38,208 nt of DNA from Eubacteriales bacterium. GTDB taxonomy: Bacteria; Bacillota; Clostridia; Oscillospirales; JAAYXM01. Positions 17,271 to 25,817 of this stretch are shown here, piece by piece. A program made the translations under genes and the position numbers. The notes beneath the pieces are model-generated. The model saw only the letters and a program-made list of their open reading frames with translations, had not been told where the DNA came from and searched no databases. Position 1 is the first letter of the stretch; each line of letters opens with the position of its first letter. The DNA lies in NCBI GenBank assembly GCA_045595605.1, contig JAZOAS010000133.1, forward strand, positions 1 through 38,208, read 5' to 3'.

Positions 17271-18308
17271 ATGGAAATAAAGAGTGTATGCGGAAGTATT
17301 TCGAAGGAAAGCCTCGGCATAGTTGCACCGCATGAGCACGTGCTTCTGGACCTCACGGCGTTTTATCAGGCGCTCCCTGTGCCTGGAATTGAAAACCCGG
17401 AAACCCAGAAAGTCGAAATGTGGAATCTCGGAATTTTGAGCCGTGACTGCTATGCGCTCAAGGATAACCTTCTTCTTACTGACGAGCAGGTTGCGACAGA
17501 TGAACTCATGTTCTATAAGAGGGCAGGAGGAACAACGGTGGTTGACGCATCTCTTCCGGGTATCGGAAGAGACCCTAAGGGGCTTCGCCGCATATCTGAA
17601 AAAACAGGACTCAATATTATAATGGGAACGGGCTTCTATGTAGGAGAAACGCATCCCGAATCGCTTGATTCCATGACCGAAGAGGAAATCGGAGACCTTA
17701 TGGTAAAAGAGCTTTGCGAGGGCGTTGACGGAATCTGCGCAGGATACATCGGTGAAATCGGCATAAGCGAAATTTTTGACGATAAGGAAAGAAGAGTTCT
17801 TCGCGCCGCGGCACATGCACACAAAAAAACAGGTGCTGCCATAAATGTCCATATAAATCCGTGGACGACAAACGGCATTGAAGCTGCGGACATTCTTCTT
17901 GCGATGGGCGTTCCTGCAGACAGAATATGCATAAGCCACATTGATGTTGAAAATCGCGAGGAGTACATATATGAGCTTCTTGGAAAGGGAGTGTTTGTCG
18001 AGTTCGATAATTTCGGTAAGGAGTATTACATACGCCGAGAGGTGCGAAACTCAGGCTACGGGCTTTTTGTGCACGATACGGACAGAGTAAGGCTTCTTAA
18101 GAAGCTTGTGGACGACGGCTTTGTCGGACAGATTCTTCTTACTTGTGACTTATGCCTTAAAAATCTTTTGCATAAGTACGGCGGATGGGGATATGACCAT
18201 GTGCTTACAAACATAGTACCAATGATGGAGGATGAGGGAATCAGCTCATCCGATATAAGAAAGATGCTTGTAGAGAACCCGGCAGATTGGCTCTGCGGAA
18301 AGGAGTAG
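17271..18308 (+). CDS. Phosphotriesterase-related (PTER/PHP-like) amidohydrolase
   Basis: HEH, GYIGEIG (Glu-bridged type), NVH, SHID, TCD metal ligands; YGGWGY. Confidence 0.9.
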   Translation: MEIKSVCGSISKESLGIVAPHEHVLLDLTAFYQALPVPGIENPETQKVEMWNLGILSRDCYALKDNLLLTDEQVATDELMFYKRAGGTTVVDASLPGIGRDPKGLRRISEKTGLNIIMGTGFYVGETHPESLDSMTEEEIGDLMVKELCEGVDGICAGYIGEIGISEIFDDKERRVLRAAAHAHKKTGAAINVHINPWTTNGIEAADILLAMGVPADRICISHIDVENREEYIYELLGKGVFVEFDNFGKEYYIRREVRNSGYGLFVHDTDRVRLLKKLVDDGFVGQILLTCDLCLKNLLHKYGGWGYDHVLTNIVPMMEDEGISSSDIRKMLVENPADWLCGKE

Positions 18309-18312
18309 TATT

Positions 18313-19497
18313 ATGTTGAATATACCTTCAATTCCCGATGCGGAATACAAAGAGAGAATAGCGAAAGTTCAGAAAGCGATGAAGGAGGATGGTTTTGATC
18401 TTCTTCTTTCATACGGAAACGAGGCGGAGCCGCAGTTTGTAAGATACTTTTCTGCATACTGGCCGTCTTTTGAAACAGCAGGTGTTCTTATCCCTGCAGA
18501 AGGAGAACCGCTTCTCCTGATAGGACCTGAGAGCTACAATTATGCAAGTGACCGCTCGAAGATAAAGGAAATCTGCAGACTCAAGGCCTTCCGTGAATCT
18601 TCCGAGCCTGAATATCCGGGAGAGAAACTTGATACTTTCAATACAGTTATTGAAAGACTTATGGGAGATAAGAAGGTAGGGCGTTTTGGCGTTGCAGGTC
18701 TACCGCTTATGACAATCGGTGTATACGAGGCACTTGCTGAGGCGCTCTTAAAATACGGAGTTAAAATTGAAAAGGCAGATTATATAGTAAACAATCTGCG
18801 CATGAGAAAAACAGAAAACGAGCTTGCATGTATGCGTGCTGCTGCAAAAATCACCGCCGAAACATTTGACTATGTTATAGCGAACATAAAGGGCGGGATG
18901 ACTGAGCAGCAGGTTGCAGGACTTGCTCTCGGTAAGATGCACGAGCTTGGTGCGGAAAGAGAATCATACCCCGTATGGGTGCTCACGGGTAAAGGATCCA
19001 ATCAGGCGATAAGCCGTCCGAGAAACAAGCAGATCAAGAAAGGTGATATGACCTTTATCCAGATAGGTGCACGCGTTGACGGATATGCATCTACAATCGG
19101 AAGAGCTGTTGTTTTCGGTAAGGCGACGGATGAGCAGAGAAGCCTTATTGAGACGGGATACAAGGCACAGGCGGATGTCATTGCGCGTCTCAAACCCGGT
19201 GTGCCGGCTGCCGACATTGCAAAGTTCCATGTTGAGAATGTAACGAAAATGGGATATGGTGACTGGCTCCTCTACGGACCGTGCCACGGTAACGGAACAA
19301 TGGAGGGTGAAGCTCCGTGGATTGAGGTGAATGCCGATTATCTCCTTGAAGAGAATATGAGCTTCTGCGTCGATATTTTCCTTGGCTCAAAGGAAAAGGA
19401 AATCGGTCTTCGTATGGAAGATGTCGTTTGCATAACAAAAGACGGCGTAGAAAATCTTACGAATTACCCGAGAGAGCTTTTTGAAATTGAGTGTTAA
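18313..19497 (+). CDS. M24 pita-bread fold hydrolase (Xaa-Pro peptidase/creatinase family) with altered metal ligands
   Basis: Creatinase-type N-domain, RMRKTENE, DGYAS, CHGNG, GLRMEDVV, ENLTNYPR. Confidence 0.85.
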   Translation: MLNIPSIPDAEYKERIAKVQKAMKEDGFDLLLSYGNEAEPQFVRYFSAYWPSFETAGVLIPAEGEPLLLIGPESYNYASDRSKIKEICRLKAFRESSEPEYPGEKLDTFNTVIERLMGDKKVGRFGVAGLPLMTIGVYEALAEALLKYGVKIEKADYIVNNLRMRKTENELACMRAAAKITAETFDYVIANIKGGMTEQQVAGLALGKMHELGAERESYPVWVLTGKGSNQAISRPRNKQIKKGDMTFIQIGARVDGYASTIGRAVVFGKATDEQRSLIETGYKAQADVIARLKPGVPAADIAKFHVENVTKMGYGDWLLYGPCHGNGTMEGEAPWIEVNADYLLEENMSFCVDIFLGSKEKEIGLRMEDVVCITKDGVENLTNYPRELFEIEC

Positions 19498-19501
19498 AAT
19501 G

Positions 19502-19532
19502 AGAAAAGGATGTGCTTTGCACATCCTTTTCT
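19502..19532 (+). terminator. Intrinsic terminator
   Basis: AGAAAAGGATGTGC-ttt-GCACATCCTTTTCT. Confidence 0.85.
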
Positions 19533-19585
19533 TGCTTAATGTCGTATCTTCGTGATATACTTAATATATAAAAGGAGGGATTTTA

Positions 19586-20359
19586 ATGGCAGATATATTT
19601 GGTGAGCTTGAATTTCATCTAAAAATAAAGCGTGGCGATGTTGGGGAATATGTCATTCTTTGCGGTGACCCCGGCAGAGTTTCGAAGATTGCCGCATATC
19701 TTGACGGTGCAAAGAAGGTTTCTGAAAACCGCGAGTATGTCATATATACGGGAACGCTTCTCGGTGAAAAGGTTTCAGTTGCGTCAACCGGAATCGGCGG
19801 ACCGTCTGCAGCTATTTGTGTTGAGGAGCTTGTCCACTGCGGAGCAAAGACTTTTATCCGTGTAGGTACAAGCGGTGGAATTCGCGAGGATGTAATCGGC
19901 GGTGACCTTGTTATTGCGACAAGTGCCGTAAGAGCTGAAGGGACGAGCGCTGAATATCTCCCTGAAGGTTATCCTGCGGCGGCAGATTTTGAGGTTGTTC
20001 GTGCGCTTGCTGACGAGGCGGATGAGCTTTGCGATAAGACCTTCGGCAACTCATACCATGTCGGTGTAGTGCAGAGTAAGGACTCTTTCTACGGTGAAAC
20101 AAACCCTGAGACGATGCCTGTTTCTGATATGCTTTTAAGTAAGTGGCAGGCATACACGGCTCTCGGGTGCCTTACTTCTGAAATGGAGTGCGCGGCTATC
20201 TTTTCGGTTGCGCTTACTCGCGGAGTTCGTGCGGGTGCGGTTCTTCTTTCAATATGGAATGTTGAAAGGGAAAAAGAGGGAAAGGAAAGCCCTGTCAATA
20301 TGGACACTGACCGTGCAATAAGGTGTGCTGTCGGTGCAATAAAGAGACTCATAAAATAA
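19586..20359 (+). CDS. udp: Uridine phosphorylase
   Basis: GDPGR, STGIGGPS, IRVGT, DSFYGE, EME. SD AAGGAGG. Confidence 0.92.
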   Translation: MADIFGELEFHLKIKRGDVGEYVILCGDPGRVSKIAAYLDGAKKVSENREYVIYTGTLLGEKVSVASTGIGGPSAAICVEELVHCGAKTFIRVGTSGGIREDVIGGDLVIATSAVRAEGTSAEYLPEGYPAAADFEVVRALADEADELCDKTFGNSYHVGVVQSKDSFYGETNPETMPVSDMLLSKWQAYTALGCLTSEMECAAIFSVALTRGVRAGAVLLSIWNVEREKEGKESPVNMDTDRAIRCAVGAIKRLIK

Positions 20360-20389
20360 AAAAATCTGCCGGAATTCGGCAGATTTTTT
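20359..20389. terminator. Bidirectional intrinsic terminator
   Basis: AAAAAATCTGCCG-gaatt-CGGCAGATTTTTT between convergent genes. Confidence 0.85.
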
Positions 20390-20751
20390 TATTTCTTCAT
20401 ATATTTTTTTATAGCGTTGAGCGTTTCTTCGCTCAAGTAGTGTTCAATTTTGCAGGCGTCGGCGGATGCGATATCTTTATCAATGCCGAGGGAAGCAAGA
20501 AACGAAGTGAGGAGCGTATGTCTTTCGTAAATCTTAGTTGCGATCTCGAGACCGTCTTCCGTTAAAGAGATGAAACCGTCGTTATCGACGAGAATGTACC
20601 CACCGTTTTTGAGGAGACCGACGGCACGGCTGACACTCGGCTTTGAATAGCCCATATGCTCGACTATATCTATTGAACGAAAGTTCTTCTTCGTTTTTGA
20701 AAGGATAAAGATTGTTTCAAGATACATCTCGCCCGATTCGAGAAGCGGCAC
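20389..20751 (-). CDS. DtxR/MntR family metal-dependent transcriptional regulator
   Basis: ESGEMYLETI, SKPSVS, IYERH, ADACKIEH. GTG 20751 lies 6 nt after AAGGAGGTG. Confidence 0.92.
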   Translation of the reverse strand: MPLLESGEMYLETIFILSKTKKNFRSIDIVEHMGYSKPSVSRAVGLLKNGGYILVDNDGFISLTEDGLEIATKIYERHTLLTSFLASLGIDKDIASADACKIEHYLSEETLNAIKKYMKK

Positions 20752-20780
20752 AGCCGTCACCTCCTTAAATGTATGTTTAA

Positions 20781-20809
20781 ATCATATCACATTCAAGAGT
20801 TTTTTTCAA
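20781..20809 (-). promoter_or_regulatory. Sigma-A-type promoter of the MntR-like gene
   Basis: TTGAAA-17 nt-TATGAT with extended TG on the minus strand. Confidence 0.65.
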
Positions 20810-20824
20810 GTCGGAAAGGAGTTC

Positions 20825-21928
20825 TTATTCGTCAAGGGGCTTTGGCGCGCAGCTTTTCTTTTTAAAGAAGTCAAAGTATCCCCAATCGTAGAACTTCTTT
20901 ATGAGTGCAACGAGAATCGGGGTGAACATTCCGATGATTCCGAAAAGCTTAAGGCCGATATAAATGGAAGCAAGCGTAGCGAGCGGGTGAAGACCAATCT
21001 GCTCTCCGACGATTTTCGGTTCTATAAGATTTCTTACAACGGTGATAACGACATAGATTACAACAAGACCTATTGCGAGGAAATAATTGCCCGAGAACGC
21101 TGAAACAACAGCCCACGGCATAAGAAACCAACCGCTGCCGAGAACGGGAAGTGCATCGACAATTGCAATGACTGATGCGATAACAATAGCGTTAGGAACA
21201 CGAAGGATGGAAAGTCCGATAGAAAGCTCTACGAAAGTTATACAAATGAGAATAAGAACTGCTCTCAGGTAGGAAACGAGAGTATTTGAGATTTGTGAGC
21301 GTATGCGTTTGTATTTGTTCTTAACATTCTCGGAGGAGATTTCCCAGAGCTTCTGTCGAAGCTTCGGTGAGTCAGCGCTCAAAAAGAAGGTGGAAGCTAT
21401 TGCGACAATTATAAAAATGAGAATCGACGGAAGGATGGTAGCAATGTTCGCTGTGTATGAAACGACAGGGGCGATGAGCTTCTGTATAGCGGAAACGAGC
21501 TCGGAAAGCCAACCTTCGATGTTTGTGTAGATGAAGTCCTGTATGCCAAGGGGAAGGCGCGAAAGGATGTTGAAGAAAGTTTCCCTTATGTTTTCGACAA
21601 CGAGGTCAATATCAAGGTTTCTGAGTTTTTCAAAAAGCAGGACGAGAGTGTCTATGAGTCTGGAGGCGCAAAGATAAACAAGCGTTCCTATGATGCCGTA
21701 GAAAAGAACTGTAAAAATAAGGCTTGAAATGGGCCTTGGGAACTTAAGCTTCTTTTCGAAAAAAGAGACGGGGTAGTCTATTATTTTTGAGAAAATGAAC
21801 GCAAGAATAAACGGTGCGAGCCAGCCGAGAGCGTATTTGAGAACGAACCAGACGCAAGCTACCGCTAGTAAAACATATAAAATCGTAAGAAAAAACTTGA
21901 TATGCTTGTTTTCAGACACAAAAAACAC
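20825..21928 (-). CDS. ytvI: Sporulation integral membrane protein YtvI (AI-2E family)
   Basis: Multi-TM; PFILA, DALPVLGSG, RNLIEPKIVGEQIGLHPL. Confidence 0.88.
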   Translation of the reverse strand: MFFVSENKHIKFFLTILYVLLAVACVWFVLKYALGWLAPFILAFIFSKIIDYPVSFFEKKLKFPRPISSLIFTVLFYGIIGTLVYLCASRLIDTLVLLFEKLRNLDIDLVVENIRETFFNILSRLPLGIQDFIYTNIEGWLSELVSAIQKLIAPVVSYTANIATILPSILIFIIVAIASTFFLSADSPKLRQKLWEISSENVKNKYKRIRSQISNTLVSYLRAVLILICITFVELSIGLSILRVPNAIVIASVIAIVDALPVLGSGWFLMPWAVVSAFSGNYFLAIGLVVIYVVITVVRNLIEPKIVGEQIGLHPLATLASIYIGLKLFGIIGMFTPILVALIKKFYDWGYFDFFKKKSCAPKPLDE

Positions 21929-22029
21929 CTACCTTTTGAGTATATTATATATCAAAACTATTGTAAATAAAAGGATTTTTTTGCATATTAACAAAATTGT
22001 AAAAAAAGTCAAAAAAACGATTTTTTTGC

Positions 22030-22058
22030 TTGCATTAAATGACACGATGTGGTATCAT
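22030..22058 (+). promoter_or_regulatory. Sigma-A-type promoter of thrR-hom-lysC
   Basis: TTGCAT-17 nt-TATCAT with extended TG. Confidence 0.65.
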
Positions 22059-22103
22059 AATATCCGTGGTGCAAAAACAAATGCCCGCGAGAGGGGGATG
22101 TTG

Positions 22104-22547
22104 ATGAAGGAAAACCACAAGTATTATATCGTTCAGGACACAGCTCTCCCTGAGGTTTTGATTAAATGTGTCAAAGCGAAAGGCTATATCGATTCGGGCA
22201 AGGCAAGGACTGTTGAAGAGGCGTGTGTTGCTGCGGAAATAAGCCGAAGTGCTTTTTATAAGTACAAGGACCTCATCTCACCGTTTAACGATATGTCGCT
22301 CGGACATATCATAACCTTCTCAATGATGCTGATAGACGAACCGGGAGTGCTCTCTCGCATTCTTGCTCACTTCGCCGCATATTCGGCAAATATTCTGACT
22401 ATATATCAGACTATCCCGAGCGGTGGCAGAGCGCCGGTTACGATTTCTGCAGAGACAAACGGAATGACTACGGACATAGATACTTTCATAGAGCTTGCGA
22501 TGAAGATTGAAGGTGTTATTTCCTTCAAGCCGCTTGCAGGTCAGTAA
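22104..22547 (+). CDS. thrR: HTH-ACT regulator ThrR/PheB (UPF0735)
   Basis: LPEV...ISRSAFYKYKD HTH; ACT domain DEPGVLS...NILTIYQTIP. Directly upstream of hom. Confidence 0.85.
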   Translation: MKENHKYYIVQDTALPEVLIKCVKAKGYIDSGKARTVEEACVAAEISRSAFYKYKDLISPFNDMSLGHIITFSMMLIDEPGVLSRILAHFAAYSANILTIYQTIPSGGRAPVTISAETNGMTTDIDTFIELAMKIEGVISFKPLAGQ

Positions 22548-22575
22548 GAAGTTATTATATAAAGGGAGATAGATT

Positions 22576-23790
22576 ATGAAAAAGATAGCTGTTTTAGGTT
22601 ACGGTACAGTCGGCTCGGGCGTTGTTGAGCTTATGGAGCAGAACGCCAAAACGATTGCCGCTTCTGCCGGGGAAGAAATCGAGGTTAAATACATAGTAGA
22701 TATCCGCGATTTCTCAAACGATAAAAATGCCGCAAAGTTCGTAAAGGATTTCTCAGTTATTGAGGCGGATCCTGAGGTTTCGGTAGTTGTCGAGACAATC
22801 GGCGGCACAAACCCTGCATACGACTTTACAAAGCGCGCGCTTCTTGCGGGAAAGAGCGTTGTAACTTCAAACAAGGAGCTTGTTGCAACCCACGGTGCAG
22901 AGTTCTTTAAGATTGCAAAAGAGAAGAATGTAAATTATCTCTTCGAGGCTTCTGTCGGCGGCGGCATCCCTGTTCTCCGTCCGATAGCTCAGTGCCTCGG
23001 TGCAAATAAGATTGACGAAATCTACGGTATTCTCAACGGCACAACAAATTACATTCTTACGCGTATGATAAAAGCGGGGCTTACTTTTGAAAAGGCTCTT
23101 GCAGAGGCTCAGGAGCTCGGATATGCAGAGCGTGACCCGAGTGCTGATATCGAAGGTCACGATGCATGCAGAAAGATTTGTATTCTTGCATCTCTTGCGT
23201 TCGGCAACCACATCTATCCCGAGTACATCAAGACAGAAGGAATCACAAAGGTAACGCTCGAGGATGTCCGCCTTGCAGGCATCGCGGGTAAGGTAATCCG
23301 TCTCCTCGGAAGATGCCGCCTTGCTTCCGACGGAAAAGTTTATGCTTATGTCGGTCCGCACCTTGTGGATAAGTCTTCGCCGATTGCATCTGTTGAGGAT
23401 GTTTTCAATGCAATTATGGTTCACGGCAACATGGTCGGAAATGTCATGTTCTACGGACCTGGCGCAGGAAAGTTCCCGACAGCGAGCGCAGTTTGTGCCG
23501 ATGTCATCGATGCAGTAAAGCATATTGAAAGCCGTAAGTACCTCGGCTGGGCTGATGCGGGAGCAGAGGCAGTTGCAGATATGGCGCAGTTTAAGTCCTG
23601 CTATTATGTCCGCATCGACGGTGAGAACGCAAGAAGCGCTGCAACTCAGGTCTTTGCAGGAATTGAGTTTATTGATGATGAGCTTGCAACTGCATTTATC
23701 ACAAGTGAGATGTCAGAGGCTGAGTTTGATGCGAAGATTGCATCGCTCTCCGAAAGAGTAGATGTTCTCTCACAGATGAGAGTGTTATAA
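22576..23790 (+). CDS. hom: Homoserine dehydrogenase
   Basis: GYGTVG, VTSNK, FEASVGGGIP, ILNGTTNYIL, GPGAG. Confidence 0.96.
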   Translation: MKKIAVLGYGTVGSGVVELMEQNAKTIAASAGEEIEVKYIVDIRDFSNDKNAAKFVKDFSVIEADPEVSVVVETIGGTNPAYDFTKRALLAGKSVVTSNKELVATHGAEFFKIAKEKNVNYLFEASVGGGIPVLRPIAQCLGANKIDEIYGILNGTTNYILTRMIKAGLTFEKALAEAQELGYAERDPSADIEGHDACRKICILASLAFGNHIYPEYIKTEGITKVTLEDVRLAGIAGKVIRLLGRCRLASDGKVYAYVGPHLVDKSSPIASVEDVFNAIMVHGNMVGNVMFYGPGAGKFPTASAVCADVIDAVKHIESRKYLGWADAGAEAVADMAQFKSCYYVRIDGENARSAATQVFAGIEFIDDELATAFITSEMSEAEFDAKIASLSERVDVLSQMRVL

Positions 23791-23822
23791 TATAAAAAAT
23801 AATTCTGAAAGGAAGATAGTAT

Positions 23823-25025
23823 ATGAGTCTTATAGTGCAAAAATTCGGCGGCTCGTCTGTTGCTGATACAGAGCGCGTGTTCAATGTCGCGGATATCGTT
23901 ACAAGCACATATGCCGCAGGTAACGATGTCGTGGTTGTTGTATCGGCTCAGGGAGACACAACGGATGACCTCATCGAGAAGGCAAAGGAAATTAACCCGA
24001 ATCCTTCAAAGCGTGAGATGGATGTTCTTCTTGCTAACGGTGAGCAGATTTCAATGTCGCTTCTCGCGATGGCAATTGAGAAACTCGGTTACCCCGTAAT
24101 CTCACTTACAGGCTGGCAGGCAGGTATTCATACCGGTATGAACTACGGTGCTGCACGAATCAAGAAGATTGAAACAGAGCGTCTTAAGCTTGAGATTTCA
24201 AAGAGAAGAATCGTTATCGTCGCAGGTTTCCAGGGCATCAACAAGTTTGATGATGTAACAACCCTTGGCCGTGGCGGCAGTGATACTTCTGCTGTTGCGC
24301 TTGCTGCAGCTCTCGGCGCTGACCTCTGCCAGATTTACACCGATGTTGACGGTGTTTATACAGCAGACCCGAGAAAGATTCCGACAGCGAAAAAGCTTGA
24401 CGAAATTACTTATGACGAAATGCTTGAACTTGCATCCCTTGGAGCGCAGGTTCTCCACAACCGCTCGGTTGAAATGGGAAAACGCTTTAATGTAGATATG
24501 GAGGTTATCTCCAGCTTCACCCGTAACCCGGGAACAAAAATTAAGGAGGCACACAAAGTGGAAAAAATGAATGTAAGCGGCGTTGCTCGCGATATGGATG
24601 TTGCTCAGATTTCTCTCGTAAATATGGCAGATGCTCCGGGAATTGCCTACAAGGTATTCTCACTTCTCGCAAACAAGGGTGTCAATGTTGATATCATCCT
24701 TCAGTCTATCGGCCGTGAGTCGAGCAAGGATATTGCTTTCACTGTTCCGAGCGGGGCTCTTGATACAGCAAAGGCTCTCCTTGAAGAGAATAAAGAAAGC
24801 CTCGGCTTTGAAACAATCAAGGTTCGTGAGGACCTCTGCAAGCTCTCAATTGTCGGTGCAGGTATGGTAAACAACCCCGGTGTTGCTGCTATGATGTTTG
24901 AAGCTCTCGCAGCTGCCAATGTAAACATTGATATGATTTCAACAAGCGAAATCAAGGTTTCTGTTCTCATCAAGAAGGACGAATCTGAACGAGCAATGCG
25001 CGCAGTCCATGACAAATTCTTTTAA
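23823..25025 (+). CDS. lysC: Aspartokinase (alpha subunit; two ACT domains)
   Basis: QKFGGSS, VAGFQG, TLGRGGSD, TDVDG, ISTSEIK. Confidence 0.96.
   Translation: MSLIVQKFGGSSVADTERVFNVADIVTSTYAAGNDVVVVVSAQGDTTDDLIEKAKEINPNPSKREMDVLLANGEQISMSLLAMAIEKLGYPVISLTGWQAGIHTGMNYGAARIKKIETERLKLEISKRRIVIVAGFQGINKFDDVTTLGRGGSDTSAVALAAALGADLCQIYTDVDGVYTADPRKIPTAKKLDEITYDEMLELASLGAQVLHNRSVEMGKRFNVDMEVISSFTRNPGTKIKEAHKVEKMNVSGVARDMDVAQISLVNMADAPGIAYKVFSLLANKGVNVDIILQSIGRESSKDIAFTVPSGALDTAKALLEENKESLGFETIKVREDLCKLSIVGAGMVNNPGVAAMMFEALAAANVNIDMISTSEIKVSVLIKKDESERAMRAVHDKFF
24558..25025 (+). CDS. lysC: Probable aspartokinase beta subunit from an internal in-frame start
   Basis: AAGGAGG at 24543-24549, 8 nt before in-frame GTG at codon 246, just ahead of the ACT domains. 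Confidence 0.75.
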   Translation: MEKMNVSGVARDMDVAQISLVNMADAPGIAYKVFSLLANKGVNVDIILQSIGRESSKDIAFTVPSGALDTAKALLEENKESLGFETIKVREDLCKLSIVGAGMVNNPGVAAMMFEALAAANVNIDMISTSEIKVSVLIKKDESERAMRAVHDKFF

Positions 25026-25035
25026 TAGGTAAGAC

Positions 25036-25071
25036 AAAAGCTCAGTAAAGCAGTTGCTTTACTGAGCTTTT
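25036..25071. terminator. Bidirectional intrinsic terminator (lysC/thiN)
   Basis: AAAAGCTCAGTAAAGCA-gt-TGCTTTACTGAGCTTTT. The thiN stop codon lies in one arm. Confidence 0.85.
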
Positions 25072-25688
25072 TTTACTTTTATAAGAAGCGCCTGCCCTGA
25101 GTTTACTTTAACCGAGGCGAGCTTTCCTTTTAACGGTTCGTTGCTGATTCCCCGTTGATAGTCGGGTGTGATTTCTGCGTTTTCAATCGGGAAGAGCGCG
25201 TTTTCTATTGTGATTCCGTGAGCTGTGCCGTCGATATTGATAACCGAAAAATAGGGGTAGGAATCGTCTATGTATTTGGGTGCGCTGTCAACTATTTCCA
25301 TTTTTGAAAAGTCGTCAAGAAGTATGGCGCGTGCACCTTGCGCGTGAAGCATTAAAAGAATCGAGATATTTCCAAGCGTATGGTCAAGCCGCCCGCCGAC
25401 AACTCCGCAGAGAAGAAACTCTGAAAAGCCTCTCCTGAGAGCTTCCTTTGCGGCGAAGAAGGTGTCAGTGTCGTCTTTTGCGCGCGGAAGGGAGATGATT
25501 TCACAATCTCGAGAGGGTTTTTCGTGAGAGTCGAAATCTCCAACGATGAGATTGGGAGATACACCAAGCATCTTTTCGTGGAAAAGCCCGCCGTCGCAGA
25601 AAATGAAAAAATCATCAGCTCTTAGACTTTTCTTTATGCTCTCGTAATCTTTTATCTCGGCAGCGCCGACAATTACACATCTCGACAT
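25059..25688 (-). CDS. thiN: Thiamine pyrophosphokinase
   Basis: CDGG, GDFDS, KDDTD, GGRLDH, GISNE. ATG 25688 after SD GAGGTG. Confidence 0.93.
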   Translation of the reverse strand: MSRCVIVGAAEIKDYESIKKSLRADDFFIFCDGGLFHEKMLGVSPNLIVGDFDSHEKPSRDCEIISLPRAKDDTDTFFAAKEALRRGFSEFLLCGVVGGRLDHTLGNISILLMLHAQGARAILLDDFSKMEIVDSAPKYIDDSYPYFSVINIDGTAHGITIENALFPIENAEITPDYQRGISNEPLKGKLASVKVNSGQALLIKVKKAQ

Positions 25689-25707
25689 ATAAATCACCTC
25701 GCAATAT

Positions 25708-25736
25708 ATTATAGCCTACAAAACGCGTAAAAACAA
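25708..25736 (-). promoter_or_regulatory. Sigma-A-type promoter of thiN
   Basis: TTGTTT-17 nt-TATAAT on the minus strand. Confidence 0.6.
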
Positions 25737-25756
25737 GATACAAAAATCAACGGCTT

Positions 25757-25786
25757 GTCATATCTCTGACAAAAGTAAAATATAAT
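25757..25786 (+). promoter_or_regulatory. Possible sigma-E (mother cell) promoter
   Basis: GTCATA, 16 nt, then AATATAAT; fits ATA-N16-18-cATAcaaT and lies ahead of a spore-coat gene. Confidence 0.45.
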
Positions 25787-25817
25787 TTGGTGAGACAAAA
25801 TAAAAGGAGAGAGTGTA

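Noticed and set aside
17142-17939. Long antisense ORF (265 aa), and similar ones at 10372-11004, 22867-23523, 33505-34023, 34740-35351 and 35552-36202
   Set aside because: Shadows of well-supported genes on the opposite strand, with no recognisable motifs.
21795-22103. N-terminal extension of the ACT protein; likewise extended starts at 11669, 14289, 14966, 16477 and 34139
   Set aside because: The extensions overlap promoters or neighbouring genes; downstream starts fit SD position or family length better.
22059-22103. T-box or lysine riboswitch before hom/lysC
   Set aside because: Leader too short; no T-box motif or terminator.
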